Source: an uncultured cyanobacterium (GTDB lineage: Bacteria; Cyanobacteriota; Cyanobacteriia; Phormidesmidales; Phormidesmidaceae). Taken from it: a stretch of 64,000 nt of DNA. The translations under genes were made by a program, and so were the position numbers. Shown one piece after another: positions 48,709 to 60,637 of this stretch. Position 1 is the first letter of the stretch. Every line of letters starts with the position of its first letter. Below the pieces are notes generated by a model, which did no database searches, was not told the DNA's origin, and saw only the letters and a program-made list of their open reading frames with translations. The stretch spans positions 672,001 to 736,000 of the forward strand of contig CAWBZI010000001.1 in NCBI GenBank assembly GCA_963793265.1, read 5' to 3'.

Positions 48709-51033
48709 TCATAACTCCGCAACCTTGGCGGCTATTTCAGGATTATATAGTCGTAGATAGTTCCAGTAGCCGCCAAATACAGAATCGATATAGCCTTTTG
48801 TCTCGGGATAGGGGATCTTTTCGACAAATTCGTCGGCATTGGCAAAGCCACCTTCTTGAATCCAACCATCTACCGCGCCAGGCCCCGCGTTATAGCTAGC
48901 CACTGCAAAGAGCGAATTGTCATCAAACTGCTCATGGGTAAAGTCCAAAAACCAGGTGCCAAACTCCACGTTGTCTTCTGGCACAGTAAGCGTATAGCTT
49001 GTTTTACCCGTACGCTCACCAATCCACTCGGCGGTTTCAGGCATTACCTGCATGAGCCCGACTGCGCCGACGACAGATTCGATTTTAGGCTGAAACCTGG
49101 ATTCTTGACGCACTAGCCCAGTTACTAGCAGCGGGTTGAGCTGGCGTTCTTGGGCCCAGCGCGTGATTAGCTGCGTGTAGGGAAACGGATAGATTGCCTG
49201 CCAGTAGAGCGGCGTTTGTTTGAGCTGCTCGTACTTGCGTTTGTCTTCAGGGTCATCGCGCCAGGCCAGGCTAGACACCATGAAGATGCCGTTGAGATTA
49301 TCACCAACGCCTAGCCGTAAAATGCCGTCTGTAAACTGCTCAGCGACGGTAGGATCTTGAGGATTGTCAAATTCGGTTTGCCACTGCGCCCAGGCGGCTT
49401 CGTTTTGGCCTAGCAGATATAACTCTTGAAGGGCTTCTGAGCCTGCGGGGAGGGGCGATCGCTTCGGTGGCAAAGCAATCGTCGGGTCAAACGTTCGCAC
49501 TGAATCAAAGTCACCTACAGCCCAGTCTAAATGAACCGCTGAACGCCAGGCAAAGTATGACTGCGGCTGATTGCGAATCACCTGTTCAAAGGCTTGCCGA
49601 GCCGCGTCGGGCTGATTTTCTCTCAGCAGCCATTTACCCAGCCAAAAACCGCCTTCAGCCGCCAGATCATCCTCAGGAGCCGTCTCAACAAGCTGCTGAG
49701 CCCACTTAATTGCGCCCGCGTAGTCGCCTTTTTTAGCGCTGATCTCGGCGTAGGTTAGGCGGATTTTAGCGGCTTCTTCCGATGCCGGATACTGAGAGAG
49801 AATGGAAGATTTTGCTTTCTGGGCAGACTCTGGGCTATCAAGGGCTTCAAACAGATCGGCCGTTTGCACCAGCGCTTCGGCGGCGCGATCAGGGAAGCGC
49901 TCGACCACCTGATTGAGGGTGACTAGCGCGGCGGGCTTGGGCAAAAGCCTGCCTAAGTTCAGCAGCGCGTCGGCGGTTTCGGGCGCGTCGGGAAAGGCTT
50001 GATTGAGCCTTTGGTAGAAGGCGATCGCCTCCGTCGTTTTTCCACCTCTTTCCTTACCCCGCGCGGCTCGGTACAAGCTCACAGGTGACGCCGGGGCTTT
50101 GGCATACGCTTCGCCCGCGCTGCCATAGTTTTGCGTCTCCCAATAGCCAAATCCAACCGCTTCCCAGTCTTCGGGCGTGAGCACGCTGCCGTAAGTACTC
50201 GTCAGCGTATTGAGCGCTTGCGTGTAGCCAGCCTGATTAAAACCGTGATAGGCCACTATCTTCAGCAGTGCGAGCTGATCGAGATCTACGGTGGGCAGCG
50301 GTTCGGGCTCGATTTCTGAAGGCTGATTCTGAGAGGTCGTCTGCTGCGAGATAGTCTGCTGCTGAGTGGCTTTGACCAGACTGGCCACGGGCTGTTTAGC
50401 CTGGCTCTGAGAATTTGGAGCGGCTGAAGAGGATAGTTTCTCTAAGCGCTTCAAGGCCACTTCGACACTGCGCGGATGACTGGGCACTCGCGTCAGCAGC
50501 GTATTCCAATAAATCGCCGTCTCTGGCGCGTCTTGATTGCCTAGTTCGTATAGAGCCTCAGCCGTCGCGGCATCTTCAGGATATTCATTAATCAGCCGCG
50601 TCCAGCTCTCTTTAGCCGCTTCTACCTGACCTGCCGCTGCTTCAGCCTGACCCTGCTTGAGCAATACATAGGGCGCTAGGGCCTCATAGCGTGTTTCTAA
50701 ATCTTCTAATATCGGTAGCGCGCTGCCGCTTTGGCCGCGAGCGATCAGATCGCTTGCCAGTAGATATCGAGCGCGATCGCCTTCTACACTCTCATCGCGC
50801 TCAGCAATCTCTGTCAGCGTGCTTAGCCGCGACTCAGGTGGCTGTTGCACGAGCCCTAGCACAACTGAAGCATCTATCGCGTTTGGCGACTGCTCAGTGA
50901 CAACATTCGGATTTACCACCGCAGGCCCAAAGGAATCTGTTGTCTTCAGCAGGCCCACTACGAGCGCAACTGAGAGCGTACCCGTGCCGAGGAGCGCTAT
51001 GAGCGGCCATTTGTTCTTTAGCGTTTTCAGCAT
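48709..51033 (-). CDS. Soluble lytic transglycosylase (SLT domain) with TPR repeats
   Basis: 'RQESRF', 'GAVGLMQVMP', 'ASYNAGPG', 'IPYPETKGY'; N-terminal TM; start ATG 51033. Confidence 0.92.
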   Translation of the reverse strand: MLKTLKNKWPLIALLGTGTLSVALVVGLLKTTDSFGPAVVNPNVVTEQSPNAIDASVVLGLVQQPPESRLSTLTEIAERDESVEGDRARYLLASDLIARGQSGSALPILEDLETRYEALAPYVLLKQGQAEAAAGQVEAAKESWTRLINEYPEDAATAEALYELGNQDAPETAIYWNTLLTRVPSHPRSVEVALKRLEKLSSSAAPNSQSQAKQPVASLVKATQQQTISQQTTSQNQPSEIEPEPLPTVDLDQLALLKIVAYHGFNQAGYTQALNTLTSTYGSVLTPEDWEAVGFGYWETQNYGSAGEAYAKAPASPVSLYRAARGKERGGKTTEAIAFYQRLNQAFPDAPETADALLNLGRLLPKPAALVTLNQVVERFPDRAAEALVQTADLFEALDSPESAQKAKSSILSQYPASEEAAKIRLTYAEISAKKGDYAGAIKWAQQLVETAPEDDLAAEGGFWLGKWLLRENQPDAARQAFEQVIRNQPQSYFAWRSAVHLDWAVGDFDSVRTFDPTIALPPKRSPLPAGSEALQELYLLGQNEAAWAQWQTEFDNPQDPTVAEQFTDGILRLGVGDNLNGIFMVSSLAWRDDPEDKRKYEQLKQTPLYWQAIYPFPYTQLITRWAQERQLNPLLVTGLVRQESRFQPKIESVVGAVGLMQVMPETAEWIGERTGKTSYTLTVPEDNVEFGTWFLDFTHEQFDDNSLFAVASYNAGPGAVDGWIQEGGFANADEFVEKIPYPETKGYIDSVFGGYWNYLRLYNPEIAAKVAEL

Positions 51034-51275
51034 GGTTGATGTGTTAGTGGGCGCGGCCAGTAATCTTTTTAGTAATCTTTGAGTACATTCCCTGATGTTG
51101 TAGCAAAAAAGCGAAGCCATTGAGAGGGGGATGTTGCGCGATCGCCCCGTCATAAAAGTTACGCCAGTTGCGCCCTTCAGTTGTGTCAAAAGGGATAAAA
51201 AATATGCAGCCGCGAAAAACGGCGAAATCAGTAGATACTATAGAACGGGAATTTAGATTAAGAAAGAATTAGGGA

Positions 51276-52751
51276 ATGGATTTTATAGCGTCGGCTCAGT
51301 CTTGTTTGGATTGGAAAGGGGATTGCCTAGTCATTGGCCTTTTAGAAGAGTCACTGCCGCTCACAGGCATTTTGGCCGATCTGAACGATAAGGCAGAGGG
51401 GCTGCTACAAACGCTGATTGATGAAGAAGCCTTTGAAGGCAAAGCGGGCTCTACAGCAATTACTCGACTGGGGATCGACTCACCGATCAAAAAGATCGGG
51501 TTAGTTGGACTCGGTAGCTCGGACGGGATGGCTTTAGAAACCCTACGCCGAGGAGCAGCGATCGCGGCCCGCTTGGCCCAAAAAGCCAAAAGCAAATCAA
51601 TGGGCATCAGCTTCCCAGTGTGGAATAACAGCCAGGCGCTAACCGCTCAGGCCCTCAGTGAAGGCGCAGCCCTAGCGCTCGCGCAAGACCGTCGCTTCAA
51701 ATCTGAGCCCAGTCATAATAAAACCGAACTATCTGAAGTCCATCTCCTTTCTTTTCAGGGCGAAGACGCCGCTATCAAGCGAGCCAAAGCCGTCTGTGAT
51801 GGGGTTATTCTAGCGCGCGAACTGGTCGCCGCACCGCCCAACGTTGTCACGCCGGACAAACTAGCCGAAACGGCTGAAGATATTGCCCGTAACTACGGCT
51901 TAGAGCTGAACATTCTAGAGCGCGAACAGTGCGAAGAACTGGGCATGGGTGCTTACTTAGGAGTTGCCAAAGCGTCCGATTTGCCACCGCGCTTCATTCA
52001 TCTGGTTTATAAGCCTGCCGAAACCGCGAAGCGTAAGCTGGCGATTATTGGCAAAGGGCTTACGTTTGACTCGGGCGGACTGAATCTGAAAACAGGTGGC
52101 TCGGGCATTGAGATGATGAAGGTGGATATGGGCGGTGCCGCTGCGGTATTGGGAGCCGCTGAGGCGATCGCGCAAATCAAACCCGATGTAGAAGTCCACT
52201 TCATCAGCGCCGCCACCGAGAACATGGTCAGCGGCCATGCCATGCGCCCCGGCGACATTCTCACCGCCTCTAACGGCAAAACCATTGAAGTCAACAATAC
52301 CGATGCTGAAGGTCGCCTTACGTTAGCCGACGCCCTTGTCTATGCCGATAAGCTCGGTGTCGATTCGATCATCGATTTGGCGACGCTAACAGGGGCTTGC
52401 GTAGTAGCGCTCGGTGACGATATTGGCGCACTCTTTAGCCAAGACGAAGAGCTAGCGCAGTCATTAGCGGCGGCGTCTGAGCTTTCGGGCGAAAAGCTTT
52501 GGCAAATGCCGATGGAAGAAAAGTACTTTGATGGCTTGAAGTCTGTGGTGGCTGATATGAAGAATACGGGGCCGAGAGCGGGTGGCTCTATTACAGCCGC
52601 GCTCTTTCTTAAGCAGTTTGTAAAGGAAACGCCTTGGGCACACCTGGATATTGCAGGCCCAGTTTGGACAGACAAAGAGAGCGGCTACAACAGTCCAGGT
52701 GCGACGGGCTACGGCGTTCGGTTGCTAGTAGAGTGGGTAATGCAGAACTGA
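51276..52751 (+). CDS. pepA: Leucyl aminopeptidase (M17)
   Basis: '[10 protein letters not shown]', 'MKVDMGG', 'NTDAEGRL', 'ATLTGA', 'WAHLDIAG'. Confidence 0.96.
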   Translation: MDFIASAQSCLDWKGDCLVIGLLEESLPLTGILADLNDKAEGLLQTLIDEEAFEGKAGSTAITRLGIDSPIKKIGLVGLGSSDGMALETLRRGAAIAARLAQKAKSKSMGISFPVWNNSQALTAQALSEGAALALAQDRRFKSEPSHNKTELSEVHLLSFQGEDAAIKRAKAVCDGVILARELVAAPPNVVTPDKLAETAEDIARNYGLELNILEREQCEELGMGAYLGVAKASDLPPRFIHLVYKPAETAKRKLAIIGKGLTFDSGGLNLKTGGSGIEMMKVDMGGAAAVLGAAEAIAQIKPDVEVHFISAATENMVSGHAMRPGDILTASNGKTIEVNNTDAEGRLTLADALVYADKLGVDSIIDLATLTGACVVALGDDIGALFSQDEELAQSLAAASELSGEKLWQMPMEEKYFDGLKSVVADMKNTGPRAGGSITAALFLKQFVKETPWAHLDIAGPVWTDKESGYNSPGATGYGVRLLVEWVMQN

Positions 52752-52764
52752 GATAAGGGCGTGT

Positions 52765-53172
52765 TTACATTACCGGCTCAAACAAACCGATCAAATTTCC
52801 ATCGGGATCGCGAAGATAGGCAACTTTAATCGCGAACTCGGTGTTCTTAGTTGGTGGCTCGTCGAAGGCAACCTTTGCCTGGCGCAGCTCGTGATAGATG
52901 CCGTCTAGATCGTGGACGCTAAAAATTAGACCGAACTGATCTTGACAGTCAACCACGCTAGGTTTGCCGCTGGTTCTTAAGATCTCTGACATTTCCTGAC
53001 GACGAAAAAGAGAAAGCCGCGCGTCGCTATTCTCCTCGTCCATTTCAAACTCGGCATACCCTTTTTCAATTTGAATCGTAATTGGTTTGAACTTAAGCAC
53101 GTCGCGATAGAACTCAGCACAGGCAGGTAAATCTGAAACGAATAATCGAGTATGGGCGGCGCGAACTTTCAT
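52765..53172 (-). CDS. VOC/glyoxalase family protein
   Basis: 'RLFVSDL..C.EFYRDVL', 'YLRDPDGNLIGL'. Confidence 0.85.
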   Translation of the reverse strand: MKVRAAHTRLFVSDLPACAEFYRDVLKFKPITIQIEKGYAEFEMDEENSDARLSLFRRQEMSEILRTSGKPSVVDCQDQFGLIFSVHDLDGIYHELRQAKVAFDEPPTKNTEFAIKVAYLRDPDGNLIGLFEPVM

Positions 53173-53310
53173 AAACTCAAAAGTGGGGTTTAACTACAAA
53201 GACTAAATCATATAGTTTTTTTGCTATGTCGGATTTTCAGTAGCCATGAACTGTAGCTCGTTTGGATGGGCTAGCTGCCTAACAGTTAATCGTTACTCAA
53301 GTGCCGAGCT

Positions 53311-53694
53311 ATGGATAAATCCTCTCGAAATGACTCAAAAATTGTAGTGCTTGCGATCTCCTACACCTGCGCCTTTCTAATCACTCTCTGGGCCGCTTAC
53401 AACGATCGCCTGCCGCTAGTGTGGCTATCGCAATTTCCCAACTACGACAAAGTAGGCCATGTGGTGCTCTACTGCATTCCCACCTATCTCGGCCATCGAC
53501 TGTGCAGGCAAAAACATATTCATCGGCTAGGACTCCAGCTACCCGTCTTTCCAATACTGTTCACGCTCTTTACCATCACCGAAGAACTCACGCAGGGCTT
53601 TTCACCTCATCGAACTTTAGACGCAGGTGATATGGTATGTAGCCTCGCAGGCATTGGCTTGGGTTACTGGCTTGCGCAAAGATCTATGCGCTGA
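53311..53694 (+). CDS. VanZ-like small membrane protein
   Basis: 'DKVGHVVLY', 'EELTQGFSPHRTLDAGDM'. Confidence 0.75.
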   Translation: MDKSSRNDSKIVVLAISYTCAFLITLWAAYNDRLPLVWLSQFPNYDKVGHVVLYCIPTYLGHRLCRQKHIHRLGLQLPVFPILFTLFTITEELTQGFSPHRTLDAGDMVCSLAGIGLGYWLAQRSMR

Positions 53695-53702
53695 TCCAAG
53701 CA

Positions 53703-56208
53703 TTAGAAGCTAAAGCCTCTGGGTGCTGGCTGAGCAGAGGGCACCACATGACGGTTGACAATGGCTTTGTTACTTTCTTGCTGAGTGGCCATATCAACCG
53801 CGATCGCAGCAATCTGCACATCCAAACAATCCATTGGCACCCGCAACTCAGTCGTCGCCTGCAAGTCGCCTAAAGCATCTGGTTTCAGACTCGTTAAAAG
53901 CTGAGGTTCAATCACCAGACTCCGACTCTGCCGGTCAATCATCCACAGCTTAATAAACGGCTTGTACACCGAAGGGCGAGTTCGCACCGTCACCGAAATC
54001 ATTTCTCCGGCAACCAAATCACCCATAGGCACACTAATCACGGGTAACACCATATCTGGCAGCTCTTCTTGATTAGCTGACTGAGGCGTACTGGCCGCTT
54101 GATTGGGACTACTCACAGTTTCAGAGACAGCGCTTCTACGACTGAGCCGATCTACAAGCGATCCGCCTGCTTGAAAAGAAGGAACAGAAGCGGACTGAGT
54201 GCACACTAGCTGAGCCTTCAGAACCTGGCTTATCGGCAGCGGGATAGGGTGTAGCAGGCTCATCGTATATGACCACTTCGTTACTCTGCAGGCCGTTTTG
54301 AGAAAAAGCAGGTGCAGTCGGCAGTGAAGACGACCGCTCTCGGCTCACACCGGCCTCTCGCATACTCTTTGCTAATTGGGTCGCTTCTCGGTGGCTGTCG
54401 TGAGTGAGCGATGAAAGCCTGTCCCAAAAATGATCTTTTAGCCGCAGTGACTGAAAATCGAAGTTAGGCTCTACCGGCTTGGCAGACGACTTACCGCTGG
54501 CAGATTTGCGATCAGAATACTGACTATCAGAGGATTTGTTGATAGATTGCTGACGACGGTTCGGCTCGGCTCCGTTTGCAAACAGACTATCGTCTTGGCG
54601 ATCTGAGCGGCTCGTGGATGGAGAGGGCGATCGCCTGACAGACTCAGTTTCTAAGCGACTTGGCAAAGCCGCTTCTATACCCGGCGGCTCCAACGTATCC
54701 AAATCAGACTCTTCTGAGCGTAAATCTTGATCGATATCCTCTAAAACAGCCGCAATTTCATCCGCTTCAAGGTCACTATCTTCAATGCTGGTTCCTAAGA
54801 ACTGAGCAGGTTGCGATACCAAAGGAACCCGCTGAATAGGGTACTCAACCGGTAGCGAAGCTGGCGGCGTAACTGGCGGAGCAGCAGGTGGTACCACTGG
54901 CGGCATCTCTGCGGTTACATCATTTGCAAGCTCAGCATCTATACTTTCAGCGTCTACGCCTTCAGGTTCATCAGCAACCGCGCTAGGTCCATCGCTCACT
55001 ATTAAGTTAGCGCGCTTGTCAGGAAAATTGGGCAGTTGGGGCTGAGCGCCTGCATTATGATCAGCATCCAAGCGAGAGGGCAGCACGACGCCTACAGCCG
55101 GAACTGCGTTTTGTTGAACAGGGCTTGGTAGCGGTGGGGCGATCGCCGGTTCGGCAGAGCCTTGTGGAAATAGTGAAACCTGAGTCGCTTTAGGCAGCAC
55201 GGCAATGTCTTCTTCAACGATGCTGGCAAACATATCGGCGTCTTGATTGGCGATCGCATCCAACAGTTGAGCAATGCCAGCGGTGATCGTAAACGCCGTA
55301 GAGGCTAAAACGTTGACCGTATCGCCAGGGTCTACAGCAGCCGTTCGTAAAGACACTTCGCCCAAAATAACGCGCGTGGTCACATCGGTAGGAAGCTGAA
55401 TTTGCACTTTAAAGTCGGCGGGCAGGCGAGCGAGGCTAAGCGGCCTATGCGCCTCCATAATGATCTGCGCTGTTTCTGGATTTTGCAGGCGAATCCAGAG
55501 CTGACTGGTATCTTCGGGCGCGATCTCGGTTAGCGAATTCACTTTGCCGACAATCGTCATCGGCAGGTTGTGCTGTGCTAAGTAAGCCTGCTGCCTGAGC
55601 GTAATCTGATAGCTTTCAGAACTGGTAGCATTACCAGCGCTATCAAAGGCAGCAAAAACAGGCGTCGCTGACTGAGCGCCGTTTCGGCTTTGCTTTTCTT
55701 GCAGGCGAGATTCCAACTCTGCTTGGGCCTGAAGCAGCGGTGAGTCTGGATTAAAATCTGACGCTAGCTCATCTGCGTCTTCATCTTCGATAATCACGCT
55801 GGCGGCTGACTCTGAATCTGAGGGTACCGGCCACTCCGCCGACCAGTCTTCTTCGGTATGCGCAAACACCTGGAGCTGCACGCTGTACTGCCAGCCGTCG
55901 CCCATCAGGTCATCCATGACATTAACGCTGCTGCACGTCAAATCCCACTGACCTGGCTTGAGATGAACGTAGGGCACCACCATCACTAGCCCAGAGTCAT
56001 TCGTTTGGGTGGTGCGGTTGCGGACGCGTTTGCGAGGCGGCAGCTCATCTGTAATGAGCTGGCTTACCTGAATTTCCATGGCGGTGTTTGCGCGATCGGT
56101 ATGAGCCACCACGCGATAACGGCCCTCTAAAATTTCTACCTGCTGAGTCTCTAGCGGTAGCCAGGTTTGATCGCCCTCTTTTTGGATCAAAAATTCCCAA
56201 TATTTCAT
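53703..56208 (-). CDS. Large conserved cyanobacterial hypothetical protein, apparently split by a +1 frameshift near 54200
   Basis: ORF 54136-56208 ('MKYWEFLIQKEGD..WLPLE') ends in atypical sequence; overlapping ORF 53703-54263 carries a globular C-terminal domain ('KLWMIDRQSR...IAAIAVD'). Confidence 0.65.
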
Positions 56209-56388
56209 GTCGCTCGCTTAGATGGCCGCACTGCACAAGGATGCTTTATATGCACCAAAGTATAAATGAAATCGTAGCAGGCGTATTCAAAGCGATCGCC
56301 CCTTTGTCACAATTCTCTCCTTTTTGCTCTATTTCTACCCTTTTTCTCGTAGAAATCACGCAGAGCCGAAGTATCCAATTTTCTCACA

Positions 56389-56577
56389 TCACTCCTGATA
56401 ATCCGTTTGAATATCTACTTCCAGGGTTTCTTCATTCACAGAGACATAGAGAATATTGGGCCGACAGCACACCTGACAGTCTTCGATATAGGACTGTGTG
56501 CTGCCTGCACTCAAATCGATAAACGTCGTGCTAGATTCGCCACAAAATGCGCAGGTATAGTCGGCTGTTGTTTGCAT
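56389..56577 (-). CDS. CPXCG-motif cysteine-rich small protein
   Basis: 'YTCAFCGE...DLSAG..QSYIEDCQVCCRP'. Confidence 0.85.
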   Translation of the reverse strand: MQTTADYTCAFCGESSTTFIDLSAGSTQSYIEDCQVCCRPNILYVSVNEETLEVDIQTDYQE

Positions 56578-56613
56578 AAATCCCAAAATATATTAATAGA
56601 ACCGACCAGTCCT

Positions 56614-56642
56614 GTAGGGGCATAGCACTGCTATGCCCCTAC
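56614..56642. repeat. Perfect palindrome, GTAG-type REP-like element
   Basis: GTAGGGGCATAGCA-C-TGCTATGCCCCTAC (14-bp arms). Confidence 0.7.
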
Positions 56643-56676
56643 CAGAACCACCGTCGTACTAGACGCTCGCATTCAC

Positions 56677-58335
<1,659 letters not shown>

Positions 58336-58351
58336 TTAGACATAGCCTAGT

Positions 58352-59173
58352 TTACGTCAGAATCTCAACCTCATCGCCTACATGAAGCGTTTTCAAGCCT
58401 TCCTCAGTTGGGTTCTCCTGTACTAAGTTTTGACCAAACCAGATAGCTTTATCCCAGGAGCGATAGGTGGCTAGCGTTTTGATCGGTTCTTGGCCGCGAT
58501 CGCCCGTCGCCTGATCTACCGTCGGAATTGAGCACCGCGCACACGGCTTTGAAACGCTAAAAATAGCCTCCCCAATACGAACTCTTTTCCAAGCATCCTC
58601 AGCGTGGGGCGTATCGCAGCCGCGAATCACCAGGTTTGGCCGAAAGCGATCCATCGAAACGGGCCGATCTAGCCTGCTGTTCAGCTCAGCTAAAGACGCT
58701 TCGGAAATCAGTAAATAAGGATAGGCATCGGCAAAGCTCACTAAATTATCAGCGCCTAAATCGCCGTGAGCGGTGGGCCTTTGCGCGGATTCGGGCATGT
58801 ATACGAGCTGGCAGGGCGTGCCCAAGAACTGGCTAAACCAGGCTTGGGCTTCAGAGCCTAAGTGGATAGATTGTGTGCGATCGCCCCAAACCTCCACCTC
58901 CTGTGCTGTCCCTTTGCCTACCCTCACAGACAGTCCCGGCATACCAGGAGCACTCAACCGAATCTGCTCGCCCAAATCAGCAGACGACTCCACTGCAACC
59001 AGCGCCAGCTTAGGAAACCGCCGTTGCGTCATAAAGCGCCCGTCAGGAGCCACCACCATACAGCGCCGGTCAAACTCAAGCCCGCGCGAGGTCATTCGGC
59101 TTTGCTGCAGGCTGATGCCCGCTGTCGATTTAATCGGATAGATATGGAGTTCGCTGAGGGTGATAGTTGCCAT
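58352..59173 (-). CDS. MOSC domain protein (YcbX/mARC-like)
   Basis: 'IYPIKS', 'FDRR', 'FADAYP', 'RFRPNLVI', 'PCARC'. Confidence 0.92.
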   Translation of the reverse strand: MATITLSELHIYPIKSTAGISLQQSRMTSRGLEFDRRCMVVAPDGRFMTQRRFPKLALVAVESSADLGEQIRLSAPGMPGLSVRVGKGTAQEVEVWGDRTQSIHLGSEAQAWFSQFLGTPCQLVYMPESAQRPTAHGDLGADNLVSFADAYPYLLISEASLAELNSRLDRPVSMDRFRPNLVIRGCDTPHAEDAWKRVRIGEAIFSVSKPCARCSIPTVDQATGDRGQEPIKTLATYRSWDKAIWFGQNLVQENPTEEGLKTLHVGDEVEILT

Positions 59174-59335
59174 TTAAAAACCTGCGCAGGTGAACGCCTG
59201 AGAAGTTAGCCATAAGTTAGCTTTTTCTCGGCCCTTATCGTAGCCTTCCGAATCGTCTAATAGAGGCACAGAGCAGCAAACAAGCCGCTCTACACAACAA
59301 GTAAACCACTCTATTTAGGACACTTAGGTACTATC

Positions 59336-59698
59336 ATGAAAAACTTCGTTCTTTCTGCTTTCTCCATCGCACTTACCGTTAGTGCAGTTGCCGCTCCTAG
59401 CGCGCAGGCTTTTCCTCAAGGCGACTCTTCTTCCAGCATTCACACGCTTCGTCTTCGGGAAATGGATATCCGCAACAAATCTGAAGACGATCAGCTTTAT
59501 TACCCCTATACTCAAACGCCTGCTCAAACGCCTGCTCAATCAACAGAATGGACTAAGCCGGAGAGTGCAACCGTTGAGGGTGAAAGCGTTGTTGAGTCTG
59601 AGGCGATCGCACCTCAAGCAGATGAAGCGGCAACCGAAGAGGGTGCTTCAGCTACCTCGCTTACAGCGCGTCGTCTGCAAGTGTTAGATCGCAACTAA
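59336..59698 (+). CDS. Small secreted hypothetical protein
   Basis: Sec signal peptide ending 'APSAQA', acidic low-complexity middle, RBS TAGG upstream. Confidence 0.7.
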   Translation: MKNFVLSAFSIALTVSAVAAPSAQAFPQGDSSSSIHTLRLREMDIRNKSEDDQLYYPYTQTPAQTPAQSTEWTKPESATVEGESVVESEAIAPQADEAATEEGASATSLTARRLQVLDRN

Positions 59699-59716
59699 TC
59701 GCACAGGTAAAGCAAC

Positions 59717-59750
59717 GTAGCTGTTTAGCATCTATCGGCTAAACAGCTAC
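59717..59750. terminator. Stem-loop between convergent genes
   Basis: GTAGCTGTTTAGC...GCTAAACAGCTAC. Confidence 0.7.
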
Positions 59751-59756
59751 ATTTAT

Positions 59757-60623
59757 CTACGATATGACATTTTTCCCCATGCGCAGAGACTGTTTAATGA
59801 GCGCCAGACCTGCAATTCCAAGCAGAGCGATCGCACCCATCCAAGCCCAGTTTCCCCAAGCGCTCCAATCAATCTTATTCACCGCGCTATCCACCACCCA
59901 AACGCCCACTAATACAAAAATGCTAAACGTCATCTGAATAGTCCCTAGCGCCTTCAGCTCAATCGCCGTTGCCCCGCGCGAAAGTATCGCCGCACCCACC
60001 GCGCCCGTCAGAAAAATAGAGCTGTAAAGCTGAGAATGGAAGGCATCTAAAGGCCAAGTCCACCAGCTACCTACCGTTTCAGGCATAAGCAGAAGCCCTA
60101 GTCCATAGGCACTTAAAATTCCTGCCTGCAAGCCTAGTCCAACAGACCAAAGCTTAGGCAGGCGACGCAATCCTTCGTATGTCTGCTGCCGGTAGTAGCC
60201 CCAGTAGTAGCTAGCTGCTATGCAGTCAACCAAATACAGCCCAAACCAAATATCGGTCGCTTTTCGAGCAATAGTGAATTGTTGAAGCTGCAAGCACGAC
60301 ACCGTAAGCACAACGGTGGTAAACACCCACATCATCGGAATAATCAGGCGAGTCAGCGTTGCTCGCCTTGCTAGCACCATACTTAAAAGGCTCACTAGCG
60401 CGGTCAGATAAATAGCGCCTAAAAATCTTGCATTGAAAGGGGCAAGCGGCCAGAGCCAGCGAGGCTGTAATAGCTGAGGAAAGAAGAACAAACTACCGCC
60501 GACAATTACCAATAAAATTATTGAGATAGTGGCAAGTGTTAAAAGCAGAGGAGGCAGTAAGGACGTGCGATCTGAGGCAAGTGCACTGACTTTAGCAACG
60601 GGCGTTGTTGAGGCTTTTGTCAT
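59757..60623 (-). CDS. Multi-pass membrane protein with an internal duplication
   Basis: About 8 TM helices; repeated 'WLWPLAPFNARFLGAIYL' / 'WTWPLDAFHSQLYSSIFL'; RBS GGAG; starts 14 bp after the STAND gene stop. Confidence 0.75.
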   Translation of the reverse strand: MTKASTTPVAKVSALASDRTSLLPPLLLTLATISIILLVIVGGSLFFFPQLLQPRWLWPLAPFNARFLGAIYLTALVSLLSMVLARRATLTRLIIPMMWVFTTVVLTVSCLQLQQFTIARKATDIWFGLYLVDCIAASYYWGYYRQQTYEGLRRLPKLWSVGLGLQAGILSAYGLGLLLMPETVGSWWTWPLDAFHSQLYSSIFLTGAVGAAILSRGATAIELKALGTIQMTFSIFVLVGVWVVDSAVNKIDWSAWGNWAWMGAIALLGIAGLALIKQSLRMGKNVIS

Positions 60624-60637
60624 GACAATATCTCCAC

